DNA of 64,000 nt, taken from Chloroflexota bacterium. GTDB lineage: Bacteria > Chloroflexota > Anaerolineae > Anaerolineales > UBA11579. Both the position numbers and the translations under genes were made by a program. The first letter of the stretch is position 1; every line of letters begins with the position of its first letter. Below, piece by piece: positions 50,598 through 59,297 of the stretch. The stretch spans positions 184,934 to 248,933 of the forward strand of contig JABFGG010000007.1 of assembly GCA_013112575.1 (NCBI GenBank). The letters are read 5' to 3'. Below the pieces are notes generated by a model. The model did no database searches, had not been told where the DNA came from, and saw only the letters and a program-made list of their open reading frames with translations.

Positions 50598-51089
50598 TCA
50601 GTCCAACTCTTTAGGTCGCCACAGCCCCAGCAACTTCCCCTCGGTTTCCTCGTCCAATTCAGCCCAGGAGTCGATGGGTAATTGAATATGTGCGACAGTA
50701 GCCGTAGGATAACGTTCGTCTTCACCCGTAAAGTAAAGCACGGCATACTCCATACCGGGGTTATGGCCCACCAGCATAGCGCGCTCAACCTCATCCGGTA
50801 AGGTGCGTAACATCTCAATGAACACATCCGCTCCGGCGTGGTACAGAGAGCGGTGCTTCTCGATCTCACCCTCATAGCCGGCTGCTTCCGCCACGGCTTG
50901 GGCGGTTTTGAAGGCGCGTTTGGCCGTCGATGACAAAATCGCATCCGGCACGAGGTCCAGCTCATGCAGCAGACGGCCCATACGTGGCGCATCGCGCTTG
51001 CCACGCGGGTTCAACGGGCGGTCGTGGTCACCCAGGCTCATATCTTTCCAGGAGGATTTAGCGTGGCGTAATAAAAGGAGGGATTTCAT
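50598..51089 (-). CDS. Histidine phosphatase superfamily protein (SixA-like)
   Basis: The start was set to ATG 51089, which overlaps the upstream stop as ATGA. MKSLLLLRHAKSSW...HDRPLNPRGKRDA (RHG-type motif), and later a histidine in VGHNPG. Confidence 0.75.
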   Translation of the reverse strand: MKSLLLLRHAKSSWKDMSLGDHDRPLNPRGKRDAPRMGRLLHELDLVPDAILSSTAKRAFKTAQAVAEAAGYEGEIEKHRSLYHAGADVFIEMLRTLPDEVERAMLVGHNPGMEYAVLYFTGEDERYPTATVAHIQLPIDSWAELDEETEGKLLGLWRPKELD

Positions 51090-52516
51090 TCTGTTTTCTC
51101 CTCTGTTGAGCGAGTCCTCCATATGATACCCCCTCCCAACAGGATAACAATACCAATACTGAACAACCAAATCCATCCTCCAGTCTGCAGCTCAGTCTTT
51201 TGCTGGGTAATTTCAGTTCTGGTTGCTGTTGGTTCCGCGGGAGCAGTATCCTCCAATGTGGAAGGTGCTACTGGAGTTTCAAGTGTTTTGGTCTGAGTGG
51301 AGATGGGAATATTGTTCGCGGGTATATTGGTTGCTGCAATTGTCATTGTAGGAACAAGTGTGGGATCGTAGAAATCAAACACAATCTGAGCCTCCCAAGA
51401 CACACTAGATAGGTCCTCCTCCCCAGTAATATCTTGCAATCTTTGCAATAGAGGCATTATTTCTGAGCGAGTAGGAAGGGAGGTGTTAATCCCCCAATCG
51501 GATTCATTATTATTTATAACAGTACTGATTGCTTGAAAATATAACACCAGAACTTCAACATCATCGGGTGCGAGTGCAGTTGCCGATTTATAAGCCTCAA
51601 CACCTTCTAGGAACAATTCAGCTTTTTCAGGTTCTATAAATCCATGGAATTCAACAGAAGCCTCAGTACTCGCTGTCCCTAATTCAACCAGTGCACCAAC
51701 GTCATCGGGGTTTCTGTCAAGTCGTTCTCGAGCTTCAAGTACCTTCTGCCAGAGACCAGGATTAACAATATCTACCTGCCAATTGTCTATATATGTAGGC
51801 TCAAGATTTTCAAAACTCCACAGCAATTCTCTCCCGGAGAACTCGGCACCTTCAGGAAAATCAAGTATGTTGTACCGCGTTGCCTGGTAAGGCATGTGTA
51901 ATATTATCTCGCCCTGCTCGATCGGACCAAACCATCCCGCCCCTGTTTCCAGAACATATCCAATATGGCGATCATAACTTTTTTCAAATGGATACGCCAG
52001 TGTGCTATAAGAAACCTTAATGGTTTTTGTTTGATTTGCCGGGAAAGTCACACTGAAAGCAGCCCATTCAAAATTATGTCCATACTCGTTCTCTATTGGG
52101 ATGCTTTGCCAATCCAATTCTTGATTCCCGATCATCACAACAAAATCACTAATAATGGAATTCCGAAAAGGCGGCCCTAACTGTAGAGGAAATCGAACTA
52201 CCATTCTTTCTTCTATCGAACTCTGGTTGCGCATTTCGAAAGAGGTTGAAACAAGAACTTCATACCCTCTAATCTTGCAATATTCTTGTTCAGCATAATG
52301 TGCATCGCAATCCAAATTTGGAAAGACAGCCTCCTCTCCCGTCAGTTCCAATACGACTTGCTCCGAGACCATTTGCACCATGGTAGCCTCCTCACCAGGA
52401 GCAATACTGCTGCCCGGAGGTGGCTCAGGAGGTGCAATATCTGCCCTGGCTTTGGAAATAGGCAGGTTGAACAAAAAGAAAAATACAACAAGGAAATGCA
52501 ACGTTTTCCCCTTCAT
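51086..52516 (-). CDS. Secreted protein with a C-terminal membrane anchor, unknown function
   Basis: 476 aa. Signal peptide ending ..SKARA, mature N-terminus DIAPPEPPPGSS, a beta-rich N-terminal half, a helical TPR-like middle, a Thr/Pro linker and a C-terminal TM (WIWLFSIGIVILLGGGIIW). Confidence 0.45.
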   Translation of the reverse strand: MKGKTLHFLVVFFFLFNLPISKARADIAPPEPPPGSSIAPGEEATMVQMVSEQVVLELTGEEAVFPNLDCDAHYAEQEYCKIRGYEVLVSTSFEMRNQSSIEERMVVRFPLQLGPPFRNSIISDFVVMIGNQELDWQSIPIENEYGHNFEWAAFSVTFPANQTKTIKVSYSTLAYPFEKSYDRHIGYVLETGAGWFGPIEQGEIILHMPYQATRYNILDFPEGAEFSGRELLWSFENLEPTYIDNWQVDIVNPGLWQKVLEARERLDRNPDDVGALVELGTASTEASVEFHGFIEPEKAELFLEGVEAYKSATALAPDDVEVLVLYFQAISTVINNNESDWGINTSLPTRSEIMPLLQRLQDITGEEDLSSVSWEAQIVFDFYDPTLVPTMTIAATNIPANNIPISTQTKTLETPVAPSTLEDTAPAEPTATRTEITQQKTELQTGGWIWLFSIGIVILLGGGIIWRTRSTEEKTE

Positions 52517-52539
52517 ACCCCAACCACCCTTCGGGCAAA

Positions 52540-52938
52540 TTACCCTAATCTATCTAACAAACCCTGCACATCTGCCTGCCACACGCCAAACTCGTCCGTT
52601 TCCTCCCACAATTCCTTTAGCTCCGAGGCAGCCACCACAGCCCCAACGGCTTTTATGGCACTCGCCGTCAAGTCTTCAGCAGGCTGAGCTTTGTCTTCAA
52701 GCCAGGCAGTCACCTCATCCGGCAGTTCCTCAGCAGCTTTGCCTTTCAGCGCGGCGACCACCTCACCTGCAGCCAGGGCACGTGCGCAGTAGTAGGCATC
52801 TAGATAATCATCTTCTTGTTCGTCAAACAACTCATCGAAGGTGGCCGACAGGATGGAAAAATCTTCTGCTTCACCCAGTTCGAAGACCCAATCAAGAGCA
52901 TCGTCGTTCTCAAATGATTTGTAGCCCCAGGCTCCCAT
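52540..52938 (-). CDS. DUF4259 domain-containing protein
   Basis: 132 aa. The N-terminus MGAWGYKSFENDDALDWVFEL is the DUF4259 hallmark. Confidence 0.7.
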   Translation of the reverse strand: MGAWGYKSFENDDALDWVFELGEAEDFSILSATFDELFDEQEDDYLDAYYCARALAAGEVVAALKGKAAEELPDEVTAWLEDKAQPAEDLTASAIKAVGAVVAASELKELWEETDEFGVWQADVQGLLDRLG

Positions 52939-52957
52939 AGCTTCCTCCTAAAGCAAC

Positions 52958-54487
52958 TTACCGATCTCTTCTCCTACCTCCCCCACCCCTACGCTTATCA
53001 CCTCCGCGTCTACCACGCCCGCCACGACCTCTGTCACCACCGCCCTGCTTCCTCTGCTGCTTGGGCTGCGGCTTGCTGATCTCCGACATATCGGGGGCGT
53101 CGTGCATCCAGTCATGGTAGCTGTCGTCCAGCAGCATGGCTAACAACTGGCGGCCTGTGTTAGTCTCATTGAGTTCTTCCACCAGCGGCAAAAAGCGTTG
53201 CATGCGCTCAGTTTGTAATTTGTCGCGCTCACGCAGCTTGCCTTCCAACTGCCCCACCAAACGCTGGGCCACCAGGGCCTGCACGTCCTCGTCTTGAGGC
53301 AAGGGGCGTTCTTCAAATTCAATGCTGTAACGTCCCGCAATGCGATCCAACATCTTCTTCTCGTTGTAAGTTATCAACATGATGGCACTACCCGAGGCAC
53401 CTGCCCGTCCGGTGCGCCCGGCGCGGTGGATATAAGCTTCCAGGTCATCGGGCGGCTCGAACTGGATCACGTGGGAAAGATCGGGGATATCGATGCCGCG
53501 CGCCGCCACGTCCGTTGCCACCAGGAAACGCAGCTTGCCTTCACGCAGGCGCTTCAAGACCTTCTCACGCGCGTTCTGCGACAGGTCGGAACTGAGCTGG
53601 TCGGCGTTGTAACCAAAGCGTTGCAAGACCTGCGTGACGTAAAACACGCGGTCCTTGGTATTGCAGAAAATGATCGTCTGGTGCGGGTTCTCCATCTCGA
53701 TCAGGCGCACCAGGGCGCGGTCTTTGTCCATACCGGGCGTGATGTAATACACGTGGTCAACGTCTTCAACGTGTACCTGGTCGCGGCTCAGGCTCAGGAA
53801 ACCAGCATCATTAAGGAAACGCTGCGCCAGCCTTTGGATCGGGGCCGGGATGGTGGCCGAGAACATGTAAGCGTTGATGGCCCTGTCCGGCAGGAACTCC
53901 TGCACGCGCACCATATCGGGCAGGAAACCCATCGACAGCATGCGGTCCGCCTCATCGAAGATCAACAGTTCCAGGTTATCCAGCTTGAGATTGCGTTTTA
54001 GTAAATGGTCGAGCACGCGCCCTGGCGTGCCTACCACCAGATGCGCACCCTTTTTAAAGGCATCCAACTGGGGCTTGTAGCTGACTCCGCCATATACAGC
54101 CACGAGGCGCATCCCGGCATCGCCTGCCAGCATCTCGGCCTCAGCAGCCACCTGCTTGGCGAGTTCGCGCGTGGGTACCAGCACCAGCGCCTGGCAGGCA
54201 TCTTTGCTGAAATCCAGGCGGTCCAGCATAGGCAATATAAAAGCACCCGTTTTGCCGCTACCGGTACGGGCCTGCACCATCAAGTCACGCCGTGCCCCGA
54301 AATAGGGAATAGCCTTGCTTTGCACAGGGGTCAAACTGCCCCAGCCGGCGCGTTTGGTGGCGGCACTCTGCTTTTCACTAAGCTCAGCCAATGTTATAGG
54401 CGGCAGTGCATCGCTGGGTTCTACGATATCAGTTTGTTGCGTTTCGTCAGTCATATATTTCCATTGTCCAATATTTGATAATTGCAA
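52958..54487 (-). CDS. DEAD-box ATP-dependent RNA helicase with an Arg/Gly-rich C-terminal tail
   Basis: 509 aa; the start may instead be ATG 54454. Q-motif ..LTPVQSKAIP, motif I ARTGSGKTGAF, DEAD as FDEADRM, SAT, HRAGRTGRAG, and tail GGGDRGRGGRGRRGGDKRRGGGGRRRDR. Confidence 0.9.
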   Translation of the reverse strand: MQLSNIGQWKYMTDETQQTDIVEPSDALPPITLAELSEKQSAATKRAGWGSLTPVQSKAIPYFGARRDLMVQARTGSGKTGAFILPMLDRLDFSKDACQALVLVPTRELAKQVAAEAEMLAGDAGMRLVAVYGGVSYKPQLDAFKKGAHLVVGTPGRVLDHLLKRNLKLDNLELLIFDEADRMLSMGFLPDMVRVQEFLPDRAINAYMFSATIPAPIQRLAQRFLNDAGFLSLSRDQVHVEDVDHVYYITPGMDKDRALVRLIEMENPHQTIIFCNTKDRVFYVTQVLQRFGYNADQLSSDLSQNAREKVLKRLREGKLRFLVATDVAARGIDIPDLSHVIQFEPPDDLEAYIHRAGRTGRAGASGSAIMLITYNEKKMLDRIAGRYSIEFEERPLPQDEDVQALVAQRLVGQLEGKLRERDKLQTERMQRFLPLVEELNETNTGRQLLAMLLDDSYHDWMHDAPDMSEISKPQPKQQRKQGGGDRGRGGRGRRGGDKRRGGGGRRRDR

Positions 54488-54497
54488 TCTATCTCGT

Positions 54498-55238
54498 TCA
54501 GTCTTCGCCGCGTAACTTACGTCCTTCAGCCTTGAGCTTCTGGAAGAACTCCGAGTCGGCGATCTCGCCCACGTCCTGGGCGCGTTTGGCCTGGTCGATC
54601 TCGACTTTAAGCTGCTGCAACTGGCTCTTCAATTCCGCTTCACGTGCCCGGATACCTTCCACCATTTCGAAGAATGTGCCTAAAAAGCGATTGGCACGCT
54701 GGCCATCGGGGCTGCCCGCATCGGGCGTATCTGTCTGTACCCCTTTGATCTGTTCTTCCACAAAAGCATAATCACCGTCGGCGATGCGCGTGCTCCACTC
54801 GATAGACCGTTCAATGTAAGTCGTGGCAAAGCGCAAACGGTCGATGGCGTTGCGCGTCAGATACACAGCCAGTTCCGGGTGGCGGTTGAGCACATCCAGG
54901 AAATCGGTGCTGCTGAGTTTCAGGAGGCTGGCATCACTCAATGCCACCACACCCGCAGAACGCGGTTTCTGGTCGAGGATGGCCATCTCGCCGATCACGC
55001 TGCCCGGCCCTACCTCGTTGAGCACCACTTCCTGCCCGTCCGCACCGGGCGCAACCATTTTGGCACGCCCTTCTTGCAAGAGAAAAAGAGCCTCTCCCGG
55101 ATCACCTTTATGGAACAGGGTCTGGGTCGCCTTCAATGAAACGGCCTGCATTTTATCGAGCAGCTCCACGAGCACCTCATCCGGCAAGTCGGCGAAGAGT
55201 TCCAGTTTGCGAAGTTCTTGGGTGCTGGTATTAGTCAT
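54498..55238 (-). CDS. Cyclic-nucleotide-binding (CAP_ED) domain protein with a C-terminal coiled-coil module and no DNA-binding domain
   Basis: 246 aa. cNMP pocket GPGSVIGEMAILDQKPRSAGVVA. The C-terminal ~48 aa are a coiled-coil, ..QLKVEIDQAKRAQDVGEIADSEFFQKLKAEGRKLR. Confidence 0.8.
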   Translation of the reverse strand: MTNTSTQELRKLELFADLPDEVLVELLDKMQAVSLKATQTLFHKGDPGEALFLLQEGRAKMVAPGADGQEVVLNEVGPGSVIGEMAILDQKPRSAGVVALSDASLLKLSSTDFLDVLNRHPELAVYLTRNAIDRLRFATTYIERSIEWSTRIADGDYAFVEEQIKGVQTDTPDAGSPDGQRANRFLGTFFEMVEGIRAREAELKSQLQQLKVEIDQAKRAQDVGEIADSEFFQKLKAEGRKLRGED

Positions 55239-55356
55239 AAAAGTTGTCGATCCGTCTAATTAGCCCATCTGTCTAAATAGTCTCTGCCATTCGTGACTAT
55301 TCAAACCACTAGACTAATAGAACTATACCTTATTTTGGCATTGTATAATATTTGCA

Positions 55357-56904
55357 ATGGATGCGCCCAACGACACCATCTCCCCATTGATCCACCTTGA
55401 AGCGCGCCTGCGTAACCTGCTGCCTGCCAAGCTGTACGCCGGAGTGTGGATCAACCCCACCGTCAGGAACCTGACCCGCGTCTTTAACCACCTGCGCACC
55501 CTGCAGCGCATCCTCTACGATTACCTACCGCGCCAGGTACTCACCGACCTGCCACTCCCTGGACAAACACGCTTTACATGGGAAGAAGGCACGCTGATGT
55601 TCACCGACCTGGCCGGTTTTACCCCGCTATTGGAGGCCAATGCCAGCCACGGCAAGGAGGGCGCACAGGTCTTGCTGGACGTGCTTAACGGCTATTTTGC
55701 AGAAATGCTGGGCATCGTCAGCAAAGCAGGTGGCAACCTGCTGGAGTTCACCGGTGATGCCTTGTTGGTCCAGTTCCCCACCGACCGCAAACACAGCGAC
55801 ACCAGCCGTGCCGTGCGCGCCGCCTTGCGCATGCAGCGCGCTATGCAACAATACGAGAAGATCGAGGTGTTGGGTGAGCAGCATTCTCTCGGTATGCGCG
55901 TCGGCCTGCACGTCGGCCAATTCCTCACCGCCGACGTTGGCACACCACAGCGCATGGAACACGTCCTACTGGGATCATCCGTGTTGGGCGCTAAACATGC
56001 CGAGGGGGCCGGAAAAGTAGAACGCGTCAGCCTCAGCCTCGCAGCACAAGAACGTGTCGCTACTCACTTCAAGTTTGAAGAACATGGCGATGAACACGTG
56101 CTGGCCGTGGACAACTTCACCGAAGAACAGCTCGGCGACTATGACATCATCCCCTCCCGCCATCGTCTGCCCAGCCTGATCCTCTTCGATACCAGCAAAG
56201 AGGGTCTGGTTCAGGCCATTGCCGACGCCATTGATAAAGTTGAGCCTTTAGCCTCTTATTTGCCACGCGGCGTGCTTAAGCTGCTCGTCGAGAATGCCGC
56301 CAACCGCCGGCTACCCCCCGATTTCCCCTTTGCTACAGTGATGTTTATCAACCTGTTGGGATTACCGGACATGCTGGCCGATCAGGACGAAGCATCCGCA
56401 CAGGAGGTCATCGCCACCTTTTCCCGCGTGGTCTCCCTCATCAACGCCGAGGTTGAAGCGCGCGGCGGTATCATGAAAAAAGTCACCTATCATCACGCTG
56501 GGCCGGACATCATGGTCATCTTCGGCGTGCCGGACTCGCACACTAACGACACCTCCCGCGCTGCCCAGGCGGCCCTCTCCATTCGCGAGATCGTGGAAGA
56601 CCTGGGTGAACTGAGTATTGGCGAACATCACAGCCAGCTTACCTGCCACATCGGCATCGCCAACGGGCGTGTCTTCGCCGCCGAGTTTGGCGAACCGCAG
56701 GGCCGTCGCGAATTTAACGTGATGGGTAACGTGGTCAACACCGCCGCCCGCCTGATGGATTTTGCCAAGAGCAACCAGATATTACTTACCGAAGGTGCCC
56801 AGGAAGATTTACAGGCTGAGTTCGAATCTAAGAAGTTAGAAGGGGTAACACTAAAAGGACTTTCAACCACCCTGACGCTCTACGAGCTAGGCCAGGCGCG
56901 CTAA
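55357..56904 (+). CDS. Class III adenylate/guanylate cyclase with two tandem cyclase-homology domains
   Basis: 515 aa. CHD1: LMFTDLAGFT...EFTGDALLV. CHD2: VMFINLLGLP...VMGNVVNTAARL. Confidence 0.8.
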   Translation: MDAPNDTISPLIHLEARLRNLLPAKLYAGVWINPTVRNLTRVFNHLRTLQRILYDYLPRQVLTDLPLPGQTRFTWEEGTLMFTDLAGFTPLLEANASHGKEGAQVLLDVLNGYFAEMLGIVSKAGGNLLEFTGDALLVQFPTDRKHSDTSRAVRAALRMQRAMQQYEKIEVLGEQHSLGMRVGLHVGQFLTADVGTPQRMEHVLLGSSVLGAKHAEGAGKVERVSLSLAAQERVATHFKFEEHGDEHVLAVDNFTEEQLGDYDIIPSRHRLPSLILFDTSKEGLVQAIADAIDKVEPLASYLPRGVLKLLVENAANRRLPPDFPFATVMFINLLGLPDMLADQDEASAQEVIATFSRVVSLINAEVEARGGIMKKVTYHHAGPDIMVIFGVPDSHTNDTSRAAQAALSIREIVEDLGELSIGEHHSQLTCHIGIANGRVFAAEFGEPQGRREFNVMGNVVNTAARLMDFAKSNQILLTEGAQEDLQAEFESKKLEGVTLKGLSTTLTLYELGQAR

Positions 56905-58218
56905 CATTTCCTGCCGCACAGCCTGCGCATCCTCGATATTTTCCCCCACAACTAGATAACCGAAGGATCCCATCTCCAGCGCCGAGGTCAGTGTGAGGAT
57001 CACGCCGCGTTGCTGCTCATCGATGGGATACAAAAGGCCCTCAAAAGCATTTTCTAGCCCAACCAAGTCAGCAATTCCATTGCTCTTAAGTTTGTTCTGG
57101 CTGAAGACCGCCACCTGTTCCAGATAGTCTGGGCCAAAAAGCTGCATGAGGAATTCATGCACGTAAGTGCCGCCCGTCCGCCGTGCGTTGATCTCCACCA
57201 GATACAAATGCCCATCATCCCCCACAATGGCGTCCAGGTCAAAATGCCCCACGTAACCCAGAGCCTGCACCTGCGCCGCGATAGTTAAGCCCCAATCTTC
57301 AAAGCCTTCATACCAGGCTTCCTCAAACAATTCTTTTCCCAGGATCACACCCGCAAAACGCCCCGAATCCTCAAAGTGCTGGTTGCTCAAATAGGTAATT
57401 ACGGGTTTGCCATGATCCATAGCAGGCACATAGAACTCCAGTGATGGCGAGACAGCATCCCGTGAGGGGATGATCTCCTCAACCACATATAGGTCTTCCT
57501 GCATGAAGGCATTGCGCTGCAAAATCCCAAGGATATCTTCGGCAGCTTGCAATTCTTCAAGAGACAAGAATAGGTTCCCCACCCCACTACCGCCCTGGTT
57601 GGCCTTGACCACACAACCTTTGCCCTCCGCTTTGAACCACTTGGCTGCCTCGGCGGCCTGTTTCACGTTGTGGCAGATGAAGCCAAAAGGCAATACATCT
57701 TCGGCATCCAACCACTGGTGTACCAGCACACGAAAACCCACCTTGGAGTCCAGATAATCTTTCAACCACAGATTCTCCGGAGTCGGGCTTTCCGGCAGGC
57801 AGATGTTCAAGCCATATTCGGTTTCAAGTGTATGAGACAATTGCAGGAACTCGGGCGTGGAGGCATAGGGCACCAGCGCCAGTTTTTTTTCAGGCCCGGC
57901 ATGGGCCAGCAGGCGCTCTAACAGCTCCCCATCATTCAATATGTCCTGGCTTAATAAGAAACTGGGCTTGTCAGGGTAAAGACAGTGCGTATCTACATAG
58001 CCCCACCGCTCGCTCAATCGCTCAGCATCACCAATCGGTGATGTGGAGATAAGCAATTTCTCGCGCCCCAGCCACCATAAGCCGTGGTCGCCGTTAAAAC
58101 GCCGGTCCCAGATGGTGGCGTCGTCGCCGGTGCGGCTGAGGAAACCGTGAAAAGTCTCTAGATAATTATGGACAACCAGCGTGGGTATAGCCTGGCTGTC
58201 TTCGGGCCATGGAGACAA
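56887..58218 (-). CDS. ATP-grasp fold ligase (carboxylate-amine/peptide ligase-like; possibly PGM1-related with a pre-ATP-grasp N-domain)
   Basis: About 443 aa if TTG 58218 is the start. The longer ORF to 58350 would overlap the upstream gene, and there is no in-frame ATG after 58232. VVKANQGGSGVGN (ATP-binding loop) and LYLVEINARRTGGT (ExN Mg site). The PGM1-like assignment is from memory only. Confidence 0.6.
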   Translation of the reverse strand: MSPWPEDSQAIPTLVVHNYLETFHGFLSRTGDDATIWDRRFNGDHGLWWLGREKLLISTSPIGDAERLSERWGYVDTHCLYPDKPSFLLSQDILNDGELLERLLAHAGPEKKLALVPYASTPEFLQLSHTLETEYGLNICLPESPTPENLWLKDYLDSKVGFRVLVHQWLDAEDVLPFGFICHNVKQAAEAAKWFKAEGKGCVVKANQGGSGVGNLFLSLEELQAAEDILGILQRNAFMQEDLYVVEEIIPSRDAVSPSLEFYVPAMDHGKPVITYLSNQHFEDSGRFAGVILGKELFEEAWYEGFEDWGLTIAAQVQALGYVGHFDLDAIVGDDGHLYLVEINARRTGGTYVHEFLMQLFGPDYLEQVAVFSQNKLKSNGIADLVGLENAFEGLLYPIDEQQRGVILTLTSALEMGSFGYLVVGENIEDAQAVRQEMLARLA

Positions 58219-58231
58219 TTGCGCCGCCTGT

Positions 58232-59272
58232 CTATTCGTCCTGGTCGCGTTCCTGACGCAATTTGGCAGCGCGCGATTGCAATTCACGGAAGAAATCGGT
58301 TTCCACGATCTCATCCACCTGTTCGCTTTGCTGGCCTTTATCAATCTCAATACGCAGCTCGGCTACCTGTCGCAACAGCTTTTGCTCGCGCTCGTAGACC
58401 TTTTCCACCATGATGTCGAACACATCCGCCAACCGCCCGATCTCATCCCGGAAGCGCTGCGCACCGATCTCCGACAGGTCCTGCTCATAATCGCCCTCGC
58501 CGATAAGCTCTGCCGCATCGGTAAGCTGCGCAATGGGGCGTGTGAATATCTGCGAGAAAGCAAATACTAGAATAAATAAGATTGCATAGGTTATCAAGAA
58601 AGCTGTAAGCATCTGGCTGAGAATTGATTGGCGCACGTTGTCCACATATTCCGCCCGGAAGTCCACACCCACCGCCGCCACGATTTCTCCCTGATCATTC
58701 ATCACAGGCGCATAAGCCGAGACCCAGCGCCCAAAGCTATCGGTGTAAGTATCAAATTCGCCCTGATCGTTTAAGCGGAAGGTGAGTTCATCGAGGCCAC
58801 GGATAAGTGAACCTGTACTGGTATACGGCTCCATAAAACTGGCGGAACGGTCGTCATCGTAGCGCGCCCACAGGTCAGCCACGAAAAAGACTTCGTTTTC
58901 ACCTTCGCCACGAATGTACACGTAAGGCCAGGCGCGCGGCTCGATCTGATGCACCACTTCCAGCCAATCCAGTTGGTTATTGAAACGCTGATCGTCCGAA
59001 TAGCCCGCGTCGTTAGGCACGCCATCCGCTGCTAAGGCCAGCAACTCTTCATGATTCACGCCCTCCACCGCTGCCTGCACCGTGTCGCTCAGGTCTTCCT
59101 GAATGCGCCCCAGAGCCAGATTAGTGGCAGTAGTGAAGAACCAGTAGAAGGCTGCCGCAAATACCACGCTGAACAGCACCGTGAAGCCGATCAGCAGTTT
59201 CCAGCGTAAGCTAAAGAAAGAAGACCTCTTTACGTCCCCGTTGTCTGTAGTGCTCAGGTTATTCTCGGCCAT
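58232..59272 (-). CDS. Membrane sensor: TM - periplasmic Cache-like domain - TM - HAMP - coiled-coil, with no recognisable output domain
   Basis: 346 aa. Two TM helices flank a ~170-aa extracytoplasmic domain (GRWVSAYAPVMNDQGEIVAAVGVDF is Cache-like). HAMP: TRPIAQLTDAAELIGEGDYEQDL..RDEIGRLADVFDIMVEKV. C-terminal coiled-coil: ..ELRIEIDKGQQSEQVDEIVETDFFRELQSRAAKLR. Confidence 0.65.
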   Translation of the reverse strand: MAENNLSTTDNGDVKRSSFFSLRWKLLIGFTVLFSVVFAAAFYWFFTTATNLALGRIQEDLSDTVQAAVEGVNHEELLALAADGVPNDAGYSDDQRFNNQLDWLEVVHQIEPRAWPYVYIRGEGENEVFFVADLWARYDDDRSASFMEPYTSTGSLIRGLDELTFRLNDQGEFDTYTDSFGRWVSAYAPVMNDQGEIVAAVGVDFRAEYVDNVRQSILSQMLTAFLITYAILFILVFAFSQIFTRPIAQLTDAAELIGEGDYEQDLSEIGAQRFRDEIGRLADVFDIMVEKVYEREQKLLRQVAELRIEIDKGQQSEQVDEIVETDFFRELQSRAAKLRQERDQDE

Positions 59273-59297
59273 AGGGAACTACTCCTAAATAATTGCA

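Noticed and set aside
58219-58350. Longer version of the ATP-grasp ORF starting at 58350
   Set aside because: It would overlap the last 119 nt of the Cache-HAMP gene in another frame, and its sequence there is Arg/Asn-rich with no pattern. I preferred TTG 58218, but that start is unverified.
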